This document shows positions 32,905 through 45,337 of a DNA stretch of 57,693 nt, one piece after another; position 1 is the stretch's first letter; each line of letters starts with the position of its first letter. Position numbers and translations under genes: made by a program. Origin of the DNA: Candidatus Eiseniibacteriota bacterium. GTDB taxonomy: Bacteria > Eisenbacteria > RBG-16-71-46 > SZUA-252. The notes beneath the pieces are model-generated. The model was not told where the DNA came from. It saw only the letters and a list, made by a program, of their open reading frames with translations, and did not search any database. Location: positions 1 to 57,693 of the forward strand of contig DATJGP010000038.1 in NCBI GenBank assembly GCA_035494915.1, given 5' to 3'.

Positions 32905-34310
32905 CCGATCACCTCCGCCTCGAGATCGTACCGGCGCGCCCGCGTGATCCGGACGCGCGCCTTCGCTCCCATGGGAAGCGGAGGCGCATCCGCCGACGCG
33001 CGCACGCGCGTGACGCCGTCCACCTCGTAGCCCTGCTGCTCGACGCGGCCGACATAGTGGCCGGGACGCGGCCCCGTGGCGTCGATGCGAACGTCGACGT
33101 CGCGGCCGACCCAGCGTCCCCAGACGCGCGCGGCCACGGCCTGCTGCGCCTCGAGGAGCCTCCGGCGCCGCTCCACCTTCACGCGCTCGGGCACCTGCTC
33201 CTTCATGCGCCCCGCCGGCGTGCCGTCCTCACGCGAATAGGCGAAGCAGCCGACGTGGTCGTACTCCTCCTCGCTGACCCGGCTCAGGAGCTCCTCGAAG
33301 TCCTCGTCCGTCTCTCCAGGGAACCCGACGATGAAGTGGGTCCTGATGGCGATCCCCGGGAGCCGCTCCCGGAGCGACCGGAGGAGTCCCGCCTGCCCCG
33401 CCCCGTCCACCTCCCGGCGCATCCGCCGGAGCATGCGGTCGGTGACGTGCTGAAGGGGGATATCCACATAACGGCACACCTGGGGTACCTGTTCGAACAC
33501 CTGGATCAGCTCTTCGCTCCAGGTCTTCGGGTGGGTGTAGTGGACTCGGACCCATTCGATTCCGGGAACCTGGGCCAGGGCCCGGAGCAGCTCCGGTAGC
33601 CGCGACGAGCCGTAGCGATCCTCGCCGTAGGACGTGGAGTCCTGGGCGATGAGGAGGAGCTCCTTCACTCCGGACGCGGCGAGGCGCTCCGCCTCTTCCA
33701 CCACCGACTCAAAGGGACGGCTTCGAAGATCGCCACGCAGGGTCGGGATGATGCAGAACGTGCAGCGGAAGTCGCAGCCGTCCGCGATCCGGAGATACGC
33801 CAGATGGCGTGGGGTCGAGAGCGCGCGATGAGCCGCGAGATCCACGGCGGTCCCCGCGGGTCCGACCTCGACGATGTCGCTCCCTCCCTTGCGCACGCGA
33901 TGCGCCACGCGGGCGATGGCGTCCACCTGGCCGGTGCCCACGACCGCGTCGATCTCGGGGATCTCGCGGATGAGCTCGGCCTGGTAGCGCTGCGCCATGC
34001 ACCCCGCGACCACGATGCCGCCGAGGCGGCCCTCGCGCTTGAGCGCGACCAGCTCGAGGATGCGGTCGATCGACTCCTTCTGGGACGGACCGATGAACGC
34101 GCACGTGTTGACCACGGCGACGTCGGCGTCGTCCGGCGTGGCGGCGGTCGTGAAGCCGCCGCGCGAGAGGAGTCCCGCCATGATCTCCGAATCCACGAGA
34201 TTCTTCGCGCACCCGAGCGTGACGAGCGCGATGCGCGCGTCCCGGGATTGGGCCTGGTCCTCGTCGGCCGTGCGCGGACGGGCGGGCTCGAGCGGAATGG
34301 TACGGATCAC
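32901..34310 (-). CDS. rimO: Ribosomal protein S12 methylthiotransferase RimO (MiaB-family radical SAM enzyme)
   Basis: The UPF0004 N-terminus reads IALVTLGCAKNLVDSE. The radical-SAM motif is GCDFRCTFCIIP (CxxxCxxC). A TRAM-like C-terminus is present. Confidence 0.8.
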   Translation of the reverse strand: MIRTIPLEPARPRTADEDQAQSRDARIALVTLGCAKNLVDSEIMAGLLSRGGFTTAATPDDADVAVVNTCAFIGPSQKESIDRILELVALKREGRLGGIVVAGCMAQRYQAELIREIPEIDAVVGTGQVDAIARVAHRVRKGGSDIVEVGPAGTAVDLAAHRALSTPRHLAYLRIADGCDFRCTFCIIPTLRGDLRSRPFESVVEEAERLAASGVKELLLIAQDSTSYGEDRYGSSRLPELLRALAQVPGIEWVRVHYTHPKTWSEELIQVFEQVPQVCRYVDIPLQHVTDRMLRRMRREVDGAGQAGLLRSLRERLPGIAIRTHFIVGFPGETDEDFEELLSRVSEEEYDHVGCFAYSREDGTPAGRMKEQVPERVKVERRRRLLEAQQAVAARVWGRWVGRDVDVRIDATGPRPGHYVGRVEQQGYEVDGVTRVRASADAPPLPMGAKARVRITRARRYDLEAEVIG

Positions 34311-36628
34311 GCCTCGGTCACCTCGGAGATGCGACTGCGGCGCTCCTCGAAGTCGTGCTCGCTCAGGAGCACCTCGCGCCCCTTCGCCCCCTCGGAAGGA
34401 CCGACGATGCCGCGCTCCTCGAGCAGATCGAGCAGACGGGCCGCGCGGGAGTAGCCGACTTTGAGCCGGCGCTGGAGCATGGAGGTCGAGGCCTGCTGGT
34501 GCAGCACCACGAGCTTCATCGCCTCCTCGTACAGATCATCGTCGGCGTCGGAGTCGGGCATGGCCGTGGCCTGCTCGAGCGCGGTGTCGTCGATGATCGC
34601 CGGCGCCGATCCCTGGCTCTTCAGGAACGAGACGACGCGCTCGATCTCCTCGCTCGAGACGTAGGAACCGTGGATGCGATAGGGCTCCGGCTTCCCCGCC
34701 GGGAGATAGAGGCTATCGCCGTGGCCGAGGAGGCTCTCGGCGCCGTTCATGTCCAGGATCACGCGCGAATCGGTGCGGCTCGCGACCTGGAAGGCGATTC
34801 GGGAGGGGAAGTTCGCCTTGATCATGCCCGTGATGACGTCCACGGACGGGCGCTGCGTCGCGAGGATGAGATGGATGCCGACGGCGCGCGCCATCTGCGC
34901 CAGGCGTCCGATCGGCTCTTCGATCTCCGCCGGCAGGAGCGCCATGAGATCCGCCAGCTCGTCCACCACCACGACGAGGTACGGCAGCTTCGCGTCCTCG
35001 ACCGAAGGATCGAGTCCGAGACGGTTGTACGCCTCGATGTTCCGCGCGCCGTGCTTGGCCAGCACCTGGTAGCGCCGCTCCATCTCCTTCACCGAGTAGC
35101 GGAGCGCCTGAGCCGCCTTCTTCGGATCCGTGACCACCGGCATGCGGAGGTGCGGGATTCCGTTGTAGGGCGTGAGCTCGAGCATCTTGGGATCGATCAT
35201 GATGAAGCGCAGCTCCGACGGCGTGCGCCGAAGCAGGAGGCTCATGATGAGCGTGTTGATGCAGACGCTCTTCCCGGAGCCCGTGGCTCCCGCGATCAGG
35301 AGGTGCGGCATCTTCTCGAGGGACGCCGTGAAGGGCACGCCCGCGACGTCCTTGCCGAGCGCGAACGGGAGCGCATCGCCCGTCTTCTGGAACGCGGAGG
35401 AGGCGATGATCTCGCGAATGGAGACGAGCGCCTTCACGCGGTTCGGAATTTCGACCCCGACCGCGGCCTTCCCGGGGATCGGCGCGACGATGCGGATCCG
35501 CTGCGCGCGGAGCGCGAGCGCGAGATCGTCCTGCCGGTTCAGGATCTGGTTCACCTTGATGCCGGGAGCGGGCTCGTACTCGAAGAGCGTGATGACCGGT
35601 CCCGGATGCACCTCGGACACCTTGCCCGCTACGCCGAAATCGGCGAGCGTGCGCTCGAGCACGCGGGAGAGCTCGAGGAGCTCCGATTCGTCGATCGCGA
35701 CCTGGCGGCTCTCGTGCTGATCGAGCAGATCGATGGACGGGAGCGCCATCTCGGGAGCTGCGGCCGGCCCGAGTCCGAGCGAGCTTTCGGGAGACGGCTC
35801 GACGGCGCGCTTCTTCTCGTCGCGCGCCGGACGCTCGGGGGGCGCCGCGGCCGCCGGCGGGAACGGGATCGCGATCGGCTCCCCCGTCTCCTTCCGTCCC
35901 ACGATACGAGGGCGCGATTCCTTGGGAGGCGCCGGAGGCTGCGTGCCGAACGCGCGCTCGAGCTCGGCCTCCTCTTCGGCCGGGGCCGGCTTCCCTCGCT
36001 TCATCCGGGGTGGAGTCGCAGTCTCGGCTTCGGCGGAGTCGATGACGGGAGCGGCCGCGACTTTCTTCTTTCGTCCCTTCTGCGGCGCGAGTCTCGCGAG
36101 CCAGGAGCCGACGAGCTGCCGAAGCGGGGATGCCGCGCCCAGCTCGAGCGCGACCACGCCCACGATCACGAGGCCCGTCCCGAGGAAGAGCTCTCCGCCG
36201 ATCGTGCCGAGGAGCCGCGCGGCGAGGCGGCCGATCCAGCCCCCCGTAGCACCGACCCAGGTCTGGTTCTCACCGCCGAGAAGGAAGATGAGTCCGGAGC
36301 CGCAGAGGAACGCCGCGGCCCCGAGACCGGTCTTGATCCAGAGCTCCGCCGCGGCGTGCAGACGGAGCCGATTCCATCCCCACGCGAGGAGCAGGAGCGG
36401 AACGGCCCACGCGCCACTCGACCCAAACGCCGAATTCAACCCGGACGCGGCGAGGGCGCCGAGCACGCCCGCTTGATTGCGGACGGACCCGCTCCCGATC
36501 ACGTCCGCGGTCGTGTCCCGCGGGTCGCGGCTGAACAGGGCCAGGCTGAGAAACAGCGCGATGGAGAGAAAGCAGAGCCCCAGGATCTGGTACTTACGCC
36601 GGACCGAAACCCGGCCCAGGAGCGGCAT
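34307..36628 (-). CDS. ftsK: DNA translocase FtsK/SpoIIIE
   Basis: From the ATG at 36628 (MPLLGRVSVRRKYQILGLCFLSIALFL) there are N-terminal TM segments, a Pro/Ala-rich linker, the Walker A motif GATGSGKSV and a gamma-domain (LQRRLKVGYSRAARLLDLLEERGIVGP). An AGGAGG ribosome-binding site precedes the ATG. The ORF-track extension to 37246 overlaps ahcY and was rejected. Confidence 0.9.
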   Translation of the reverse strand: MPLLGRVSVRRKYQILGLCFLSIALFLSLALFSRDPRDTTADVIGSGSVRNQAGVLGALAASGLNSAFGSSGAWAVPLLLLAWGWNRLRLHAAAELWIKTGLGAAAFLCGSGLIFLLGGENQTWVGATGGWIGRLAARLLGTIGGELFLGTGLVIVGVVALELGAASPLRQLVGSWLARLAPQKGRKKKVAAAPVIDSAEAETATPPRMKRGKPAPAEEEAELERAFGTQPPAPPKESRPRIVGRKETGEPIAIPFPPAAAAPPERPARDEKKRAVEPSPESSLGLGPAAAPEMALPSIDLLDQHESRQVAIDESELLELSRVLERTLADFGVAGKVSEVHPGPVITLFEYEPAPGIKVNQILNRQDDLALALRAQRIRIVAPIPGKAAVGVEIPNRVKALVSIREIIASSAFQKTGDALPFALGKDVAGVPFTASLEKMPHLLIAGATGSGKSVCINTLIMSLLLRRTPSELRFIMIDPKMLELTPYNGIPHLRMPVVTDPKKAAQALRYSVKEMERRYQVLAKHGARNIEAYNRLGLDPSVEDAKLPYLVVVVDELADLMALLPAEIEEPIGRLAQMARAVGIHLILATQRPSVDVITGMIKANFPSRIAFQVASRTDSRVILDMNGAESLLGHGDSLYLPAGKPEPYRIHGSYVSSEEIERVVSFLKSQGSAPAIIDDTALEQATAMPDSDADDDLYEEAMKLVVLHQQASTSMLQRRLKVGYSRAARLLDLLEERGIVGPSEGAKGREVLLSEHDFEERRSRISEVTEA

Positions 36629-36639
36629 CAGCGTCCCTC

Positions 36640-39105
<2,466 letters not shown>

Positions 39106-39109
<4 letters not shown>

Positions 39110-39468
39110 GAGCTCTCGACCTCCGATGAACCGCCGACATTGAGCCGCTGATAGGCCCCGCGAACCACCGCGTTCTCCCCCACGACCGAGAGGTCGAGCA
39201 GGACGTTCTCGACGGTGGCGCCTTGACTGATGATGGAATTGCGAACGACCGCGCGGTGCACGCGCGCTCCGGGTCCGATGGAAGCATGCGGCCCGACCAC
39301 CGAGTGGACCACGTCCGCCGTCTCGTCGATCGCGACCGGCGGCAGGATCACGACGCCGGGTCGCGTCACGGTCCGGGGCGAGCGGTCGAGGAGCGCCCGA
39401 TTCGTCTCGAGCAAGGTCTCCGTCTTCCCGCAGTCGTACCAGGCTTCAACCGAAAACGGACGGAGCAC
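39106..39468 (-). CDS. C-terminal left-handed beta-helix fragment of a sugar-phosphate nucleotidyltransferase
   Basis: It contains [21 protein letters not shown] followed by hexapeptide-like repeats ([35 protein letters not shown]...). It lies in the same reading frame as 39472..40089, separated only by TGA-GAG. A GTG at 39468 is the only possible start. Confidence 0.6.
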
Positions 39469-39471
39469 CTC

Positions 39472-40089
39472 TCACTCCTCGATCATTCGTTGCAGCCCGT
39501 CCGTGAGCTGGATCTCACCCTTCGTGCGCTTCCCCTCCCGCTCCACCGCTTCGAGCGAGCCAAAGAGGAGCGGCGCGTTCGTCAGGTAGTACACGCCGAC
39601 CACCGCGAGGTGCGACGTCGGGTGCTCCGGCTTCTCGACGAGACCCGTGATGCGTCCCCCCTCGACGTTGGCCACGCCAAACCGGCGCGGATCTTCGACC
39701 TCGCGTACCCCCACCTTGGATCCATCCGATACGAGATCGCGAAGCGCCGCGATCGCGATCGTGTCGCCGAGCACGATCAGAACAGGCGCCGTGCCGACTT
39801 CGTCCTTGGCCTGGAGCACCGCGTGTCCCAAACCGAGCGGCCGCTCCTGCACGACGAACGAGAACCGAAGGCCGCGCTGCTTCTCCGCCCACTGGCGAAT
39901 CTGCTGCCCCTGCGCCCCCGGACCGATCACGAGCACCACGCGCTCCGGATCCGTCTCGGCGACCTGGTCGAGGATGTGCGCGAGAATCGGCTTTCCGGCC
40001 ACCTCGAGCAGCGCCTTCGGAATCGTGTGCGTGTGCGGCCGGAGCCGCGTGCCGGCTCCGGCCACCGGGATCACAGCGACCGGCTTCAC
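39472..40089 (-). CDS. N-terminal catalytic fragment of a sugar-phosphate nucleotidyltransferase (G1P thymidylyl/uridylyl/mannose-1-P guanylyltransferase-like)
   Basis: From the GTG at 40089 the protein reads VKPVAVIPVAGAGTRLRPHTHTIPKALLEVAGKPIL (GxGTRLxPxT motif) ...LGLGHAV...VEKPEHPTSHLAVVGVYY...GEIQLTDGLQRMIEE, then TGA. The GTG overlaps the upstream stop (GTGA). The ORF-track extension to 40821 overlaps the isomerase gene. Confidence 0.8.
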   Translation of the reverse strand: MKPVAVIPVAGAGTRLRPHTHTIPKALLEVAGKPILAHILDQVAETDPERVVLVIGPGAQGQQIRQWAEKQRGLRFSFVVQERPLGLGHAVLQAKDEVGTAPVLIVLGDTIAIAALRDLVSDGSKVGVREVEDPRRFGVANVEGGRITGLVEKPEHPTSHLAVVGVYYLTNAPLLFGSLEAVEREGKRTKGEIQLTDGLQRMIEE

Positions 40090-41156
40090 CGGGAGAGCGC
40101 CTGCTTGAGCGACGTCACGCCCGGAAGCGCGCTCGGATCCGAGCCGTGGAGGATCGCGAGGTAGTAGCTCACCCAATCCCCCAGGGCCACGCACCCGAGC
40201 ACGCGGCTCATCGGATCGCCTTCCGGCGCTTCGACCGTCTCCACCTGCACGCCACGCTCCGCGAAGTAGCGCTCGAGCCAGCGGAATCGCGCGACGATGC
40301 GCGGATGATCCCCCGGATCGCGGAGGAGCACGGCCGCCACGCTGCCCACCAGCCTCGCCGGCGATGCGTACGAGTCCACTTCGTTGTGATTCATTTCCGG
40401 AAGCGGCGACGCCCAGGCCAGGTGCTTGGAATTCTCGTTCAGCTGCCCTTTCCAACGCAGCGACGCCGGCCCCAGCGTGCGCTCGTTCGCGATCAGGACC
40501 AAGGCCCGGTCGACCAAACGTATCGCCAATTGTTTGGCAGAGTTGCGCGATTGTAGCACACCCCTTCCGCAGGCGGAAGCGACCACTTCCACGGCCTTGG
40601 CCGCGGCTTCGATCCGCGCGGGACCGTCGCTCAGGAGGCCCCGGTGCGCGAGGACGTGGAGGAGGGTCGAGACGGAGTACCCGAGCGCGGCGCGGGGCGG
40701 GTGCCCTGGGGGTAGCTTGGCGATCGGCACGCCATCCTCCGCGGCGAGTTTCGCGAGCGTTCCCCCCGTCGTGATCACCAGCGTGTCCTCGGTCCGCCCC
40801 CGCATCTGCCCATAGGTCCACAGGGTCTCCTCGGTCTCTCCGGAATAGGACGAGAAGACGAGGAAATCCTCGGGCGCGACCCAGGACGGCGGCTCGTAGT
40901 GGCGGCTGACGTGGAGCGGAATGGCGCCCTCGCGATCGATGAGCCCTCGCGCGAGGTCCCCCGCGATGGCCGATCCCCCCATGCCGAAGAGAACGACGCG
41001 CCGTGGACGGCCCGCGTCGAGCCGGTCCAAGACTTCCTCCGCGATGCCGGCGCCCGTGCGGAGCTGCGCGGGAAACGCGTCGATCCGGTCCCCCATGCCA
41101 TCCCGGTCGATCCGCGCCATCGCCTCGGCGGAGTCGAGGATCGTCGAGTCCGTCAC
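40086..41156 (-). CDS. Bifunctional phosphoglucose/phosphomannose isomerase-type SIS-domain protein
   Basis: 356-aa ORF with two SIS-like halves, including VVLFGMGGSAIAGDL and SYSGETEETL. The pattern is typical of archaeal-type PGI/PMI. Confidence 0.7.
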   Translation of the reverse strand: MTDSTILDSAEAMARIDRDGMGDRIDAFPAQLRTGAGIAEEVLDRLDAGRPRRVVLFGMGGSAIAGDLARGLIDREGAIPLHVSRHYEPPSWVAPEDFLVFSSYSGETEETLWTYGQMRGRTEDTLVITTGGTLAKLAAEDGVPIAKLPPGHPPRAALGYSVSTLLHVLAHRGLLSDGPARIEAAAKAVEVVASACGRGVLQSRNSAKQLAIRLVDRALVLIANERTLGPASLRWKGQLNENSKHLAWASPLPEMNHNEVDSYASPARLVGSVAAVLLRDPGDHPRIVARFRWLERYFAERGVQVETVEAPEGDPMSRVLGCVALGDWVSYYLAILHGSDPSALPGVTSLKQALSR

Positions 41157-42901
41157 GCGATGAAGTAGGCGCCGTACCGGGCCGACATCTCCTCGGTCAC
41201 GAGCGCGCGGACCTGGGCGGGGGTGTCGAGGGCGAGGCAGCGCTGCGCGAACTCCTCGGCGTCGCAGCGCGTGGATGCGTTCAGGATGGTCTTGATCTCG
41301 GGGACGAGGAACGGGCTCACGCTGAACTCGGTGAGACCGAGTCCGAGGAGGAGCACGGCATAGAGCGGCTCCCCCGCCATCTCGCCGCAGATCCCGACCG
41401 GGATCCCCGACTTCCGGCCCGCCTCGACCACGAGCTGGAGCGCGCGAAGCACGGCCGGATGGAGCGGCTCGTAGATGGGGGCCGTCTCCTCGTTGCCGCG
41501 GTCGACCGCGAGGGTGTACTGAATGAGATCGTTCGTTCCGATGCTCACGAAGTCCGCCTCGCGCGCGAGGAGATCGATCGCGAAGACGGCCGCGGGCGTC
41601 TCCACCATCACCCCGAGCGGCACGTGCACGGACATCGGCACTTCCTCGCGCTCGAGATCGGCCCGCACCTCGAGCACGATCTGCCGCGCGCGCCGGAAGT
41701 CCTCCAAGCCGATCACCATCGGGAACATCACGCGCACGTTGCCGTGGACCGTCGCGCGACAGATCGCGCGGAGCTGCGTGCGGAAGATGTCCTCGCGCTG
41801 GAGCGAGAAGCGGAGCCCGCGCATGCCGAGGAAGGGATTCCGCTCCTCGGGCGTTCCGAGATACGAGGCGAACTTGTCGCCCCCCACGTCGAGCGTGCGG
41901 ATGGTCACGGGGCGCGGCGCCATGGCTTCGACGACCGTGCGGTACGCCTGGTACTGCGCCTCCTCGGTGGGGAGCGTGGAGCGCGAGAGGTAGAAGAACT
42001 CGGTCCGGTAGAGGCCGATTGCCTCCGCCCCGTTCTCGATCACCGACGGGAGCTCCTCGGGCACCTCGAGATTCGCCCCCAGATGCACGTCCACGCCGTC
42101 CTGGGTCACGCAGTCCTGGTCCTTGATCGACGCCAGATTGGCGGCCATCTCGCGGTAGCGGCGCTGCTTCAGCCGGTGCTCCTCGAGCACCTCCGGCTCC
42201 GGATCGAAGATGGCGACCCCCCGCGTGCCGTCGACGAGGGCCGTGGCCCCTTCGCGCGCGGCGTCCATCGCCTGCTTCAATCCGACCACGGTGGGAATCC
42301 CGCGAGCGCGGGCCATGATCGCGGTGTGCGAGGTGCGTCCGCCCAGGTCGATCGCGAAACCCAGGATCTTCTCCCGCGAGGCAAGCGCCATCTCGCTCGG
42401 CGCGATGTCGTACGCGACGACGAGCGACGGGACGCGGAGATCGCTCAAGGTATGCGAGCGGATGCCGCCCAGGTGGCCCAGCACGCGGCGGCGCACGTCC
42501 CGGATGTCGAGCGCGCGCTCCCGGATGTACTCGCCGTCCGATTCTTCGAGCGCGGCAGCGACGACACCCAGGATCTTCCGGTACACGTACCCCGCGGAGC
42601 GGCGGTCGCGCTCGATCGCGGCGAGCGTCTGCGAGGTGGCTTCGGGATCTTCGAGGATCGCGAGCTGCGGGTCGAGCATGCGCGCGTGCTCCTCCCCGGT
42701 ATCGAGCGCGATCTTCCTCCGGAGCTCGGCCACTTCGCGGCGGCTCGCCTCGACGGCGGCGCGGAAGCGATCCTGCTCGGACTTCACGTCATCGGGGGGG
42801 ATGAGCCCGTCCTTCACCTCGATCTCTTCGGGATCGAGCACGTGCACCGGGCCGATGCCGATGCCGGGCGAAGCCGCGATGCCGGAGAGCGTGGTCATCA
42901 T
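41153..42901 (-). CDS. ptsI: Phosphoenolpyruvate-protein phosphotransferase (PTS Enzyme I)
   Basis: 582-aa ORF with SGIAASPGIGIGPVHVL, the active-site His loop GGRTSHTAIMARARGIP, and the C-terminal PEP-utilising domain motifs IGTNDLIQYT and CGEMAG. Confidence 0.93.
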   Translation of the reverse strand: MMTTLSGIAASPGIGIGPVHVLDPEEIEVKDGLIPPDDVKSEQDRFRAAVEASRREVAELRRKIALDTGEEHARMLDPQLAILEDPEATSQTLAAIERDRRSAGYVYRKILGVVAAALEESDGEYIRERALDIRDVRRRVLGHLGGIRSHTLSDLRVPSLVVAYDIAPSEMALASREKILGFAIDLGGRTSHTAIMARARGIPTVVGLKQAMDAAREGATALVDGTRGVAIFDPEPEVLEEHRLKQRRYREMAANLASIKDQDCVTQDGVDVHLGANLEVPEELPSVIENGAEAIGLYRTEFFYLSRSTLPTEEAQYQAYRTVVEAMAPRPVTIRTLDVGGDKFASYLGTPEERNPFLGMRGLRFSLQREDIFRTQLRAICRATVHGNVRVMFPMVIGLEDFRRARQIVLEVRADLEREEVPMSVHVPLGVMVETPAAVFAIDLLAREADFVSIGTNDLIQYTLAVDRGNEETAPIYEPLHPAVLRALQLVVEAGRKSGIPVGICGEMAGEPLYAVLLLGLGLTEFSVSPFLVPEIKTILNASTRCDAEEFAQRCLALDTPAQVRALVTEEMSARYGAYFIA

Positions 42902-43164
42902 TCCTCGCCGAACTTGTCGTTCACGACCTTCACGAGCGCGGCCAAGGCCTGGACCTCGTCCGACCCCTCGGCACGCAACGTGATCTCGGCCCCACGCTCC
43001 GCCGCGAGCATCATGACACCAAGGATGCTCTTCCCGTTCACCTCGAGCCCGTCCCGCGCGACGACGATGTGCGACGCGAACCGGGCCGCCTCCTTCACGA
43101 ACACCGAGCAGGCGCGCGCGTGGAGACCGAGCCGGTTCTGGATCATCACGTTCTGTTCGACCAT
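42898..43164 (-). CDS. ptsH: Phosphocarrier protein HPr
   Basis: The protein starts MVEQNVMIQNRLGLHARACSVF (His15 context GLHAR) and contains NGKSILGVMML (Ser46 context). I used the ATG at 43164, 5 nt downstream of the EIID stop codon (43172..43174). Confidence 0.88.
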   Translation of the reverse strand: MVEQNVMIQNRLGLHARACSVFVKEAARFASHIVVARDGLEVNGKSILGVMMLAAERGAEITLRAEGSDEVQALAALVKVVNDKFGEE

Positions 43165-43171
43165 CGCGCTG

Positions 43172-44020
43172 TTAGACCAGCCCTCCCAGTAGGAGTCCCG
43201 CGGCAAGCGCCGCGAGCGCCACTTCCACCACGCGTCCCGGCCACTTGAGGAGGCCGGCCCAGCCGATCACCGCGCCGAGAACGAGCGGCGCCGCCGTCGT
43301 GATCTTGGCGGTGGCGTCCAGCCCCCAATCGATCGAGCCGAAGTCGAGGAATCGGATGACGAGCGCGAGGAGGGCCCCGTACCCGAACGCCCCCACGCAT
43401 CCCAGCGCGTGGCCCCATTCCTTGAGGCGGAGCGATCGCAGAAGCGCCGCGGGCCGGTCCGCTTCGAGGTAGCCGACGTGAGTCCCGACGACGCGGAACG
43501 GCAGCGCGAAGGCATTGTACGTCAAAAGGGTGAGGAGCGGGCAGAGGAGCACGCGCCAGTCCGGGCCGAGAATGGGCGCCGGGATGAGACCGATGGCGAC
43601 AATGCCCACGAGCCCCGCGAGGGGACGAAGCGTGACCCAGAAAAAGGGGTCCCCCATCGCGGCGAGCGGGCTCGCCAGGGCGCGCTTCCAGGTGTCGATC
43701 GCCTCGTCGGTGACCGCATCGCCGTTCGCGCGCCGCTCTTCCCAACGTGCCGCGGCGCCGAGCACGTAACCCGTGAGCACGGGGTGCGTCGCGAAGTAGG
43801 CGAGATGCCGCCGGATCGCGCGGGCCAGGTCCTGACGCGCGGGATAGAGCCGCTCGAGCACGGGCAGCAGCGCGAAGGCGAAGCCGGGCCCCTGCATCCG
43901 TTCCGGCGTGAGCAGGGTCTGGATGTGGCCGGCGCGCGCTCCAGTGCGCACGAGATCCTCGGAGCGCACCCGCACCGGCGCGGGCGCCTCCGGGACCTCG
44001 TTCACGTCGCCGGCGCTCAT
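43172..44020 (-). CDS. PTS mannose/fructose/sorbose-family EIID component
   Basis: From the ATG at 44020 (ATGA overlap with EIIC) the protein contains TPERMQGPGFAFALLPVLERLYP...AIRRHLAYFATHPVLTGYVLGAAARWEE, which matches the EIID pattern. It is a multi-pass membrane protein. Confidence 0.75.
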   Translation of the reverse strand: MSAGDVNEVPEAPAPVRVRSEDLVRTGARAGHIQTLLTPERMQGPGFAFALLPVLERLYPARQDLARAIRRHLAYFATHPVLTGYVLGAAARWEERRANGDAVTDEAIDTWKRALASPLAAMGDPFFWVTLRPLAGLVGIVAIGLIPAPILGPDWRVLLCPLLTLLTYNAFALPFRVVGTHVGYLEADRPAALLRSLRLKEWGHALGCVGAFGYGALLALVIRFLDFGSIDWGLDATAKITTAAPLVLGAVIGWAGLLKWPGRVVEVALAALAAGLLLGGLV

Positions 44021-44838
44021 GACGACGTCTGCTGAGCCACGGCGAGCAGAACGAGCGCGACGGCCGCGCCGAGCGCCATCCACCGTCCGCCGGCGCGCCG
44101 GCTCCTCACGTGCGCGTGATAGCCGGCCGCGAGCGCAGCGCCGAGCGTCGTGGCGAAAAGGAACCCGATCCGGCGTCCCGTGAGCCACTCGCCGAGAGCG
44201 GGCAGCACCGCGATCGCGATCATGAGCCCGATCAGGGATCCCGCCCACGACCAGAACGCGCCGAGCAGGAACACCCGCCCCATCGCCTTCCAGTAGAGGT
44301 GCTCGAACCTGGCCGCCGGCTTGCGCTCCGCTCGGATGCCTTCGAGAGCATCGGCGAGCCCCGCGTCGCCAAGAGACGAATCGTCCTGCACGAGCTCCTC
44401 CGCGCGGGCCACGTCGCGGCGGCTTCGCGCGCGGTGATAGCCCATGACCCATCCCCCGACGATCGCGGCGAGAAGCCCAGCCGTCACTCCGAGCAGCACC
44501 CACAGCGCGCCTCCGAGAGCGGCCGGGATCTGGCTGTGGAGGCGAACCATTCCGAGGAGCGCGACGGTGCTCCCCACGACCCCCGCGGTCGCGGTGTCGT
44601 GGTGGCGCTGCGCCGCAGGGAGCGACGCGTCCGTGAGGAGGAGCTGGAGGATGGCGCCGACGCCGATCGGCACGCGCAGGGCCCAGAGCTCCCACTCGGG
44701 CCCCGGGTTCACGAGGGCGCCCGCCAGGCAGGCGCCGACGAGCGGCTGGCTCAGCATCGTGCTCCACCCCGCCGCGCGGTCCACCGCGAGGATGCCGCCG
44801 AGGAGCGCGATGCGCACCATCTCCGGGATCAGATTCAA
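44017..44838 (-). CDS. PTS mannose-family EIIC component
   Basis: 273-aa hydrophobic protein (IALLGGILAVDRAAGWSTMLSQPLVGACLAGAL...). It sits between EIIB and EIID. The TTG start gives a TTGA overlap, and an internal ATG seven codons downstream is an alternative start. Confidence 0.65.
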   Translation of the reverse strand: MNLIPEMVRIALLGGILAVDRAAGWSTMLSQPLVGACLAGALVNPGPEWELWALRVPIGVGAILQLLLTDASLPAAQRHHDTATAGVVGSTVALLGMVRLHSQIPAALGGALWVLLGVTAGLLAAIVGGWVMGYHRARSRRDVARAEELVQDDSSLGDAGLADALEGIRAERKPAARFEHLYWKAMGRVFLLGAFWSWAGSLIGLMIAIAVLPALGEWLTGRRIGFLFATTLGAALAAGYHAHVRSRRAGGRWMALGAAVALVLLAVAQQTSS

Positions 44839-45335
44839 CGCTCCGTGTCCCTCGAGTCAGCGCCGAGCCAGGATTCGATCGGATGCGATGGATTGGCCGG
44901 AAGATCGCGCGCAGCCACGCGCACGCCGCGCGCCGCGATGGCGCGGAGCCGCTCGCGATCCGCGTCGTCGAGGAAGACGTACGGCAGGATCTCGCGCTTC
45001 CCCGCCGCGTGATGAAGACCGCCCACGTTGAGCTCGGTCATCGGAAAACCGCCCTCGAGCAGACGGAGCGCCTCATCGGTCCCGGGCATGAGAAGGATGG
45101 TCCGCTCCTTGTCGATCTCGGCCTGGAGCGAAGGCGTGAGCGCCTCGGCAACCGACACGACGCGTCCGCGCGCGTCGTCGGGAACGCCGCACAGGCAGAC
45201 CTCGGCGCGCATCTTGTCCGCGCTCAGGGCGTCCGACACCACGAGGTAGAAGCTCGACTTGAGCGCCCGGCCCCATCCGTAGGCCACCTGGCCGTGGATC
45301 AGCCGGTCGTCGATGCGCGCGAGGAGGAGCGGCAC
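44835..45335 (-). CDS. PTS mannose-family EIIB component
   Basis: The N-terminus MPLLLARIDDRLIHGQVAYGWG contains the phospho-His motif of the EIIB-Man family. The protein is 166 aa long. Confidence 0.8.
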   Translation of the reverse strand: MPLLLARIDDRLIHGQVAYGWGRALKSSFYLVVSDALSADKMRAEVCLCGVPDDARGRVVSVAEALTPSLQAEIDKERTILLMPGTDEALRLLEGGFPMTELNVGGLHHAAGKREILPYVFLDDADRERLRAIAARGVRVAARDLPANPSHPIESWLGADSRDTER

Positions 45336-45337
45336 CG

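Noticed and set aside
39440-39474. Selenocysteine or genetic-code reassignment as the explanation for the in-frame TGA in the nucleotidyltransferase.
   Set aside because: No convincing SECIS-like hairpin follows the TGA; only a 3-4 bp CCG-TTTT-CGG stem is present. The aligned position is normally Gly, not Cys. Many genes in the window terminate with TGA, and RF2 with its UGA-dependent frameshift is present, so the standard code applies.
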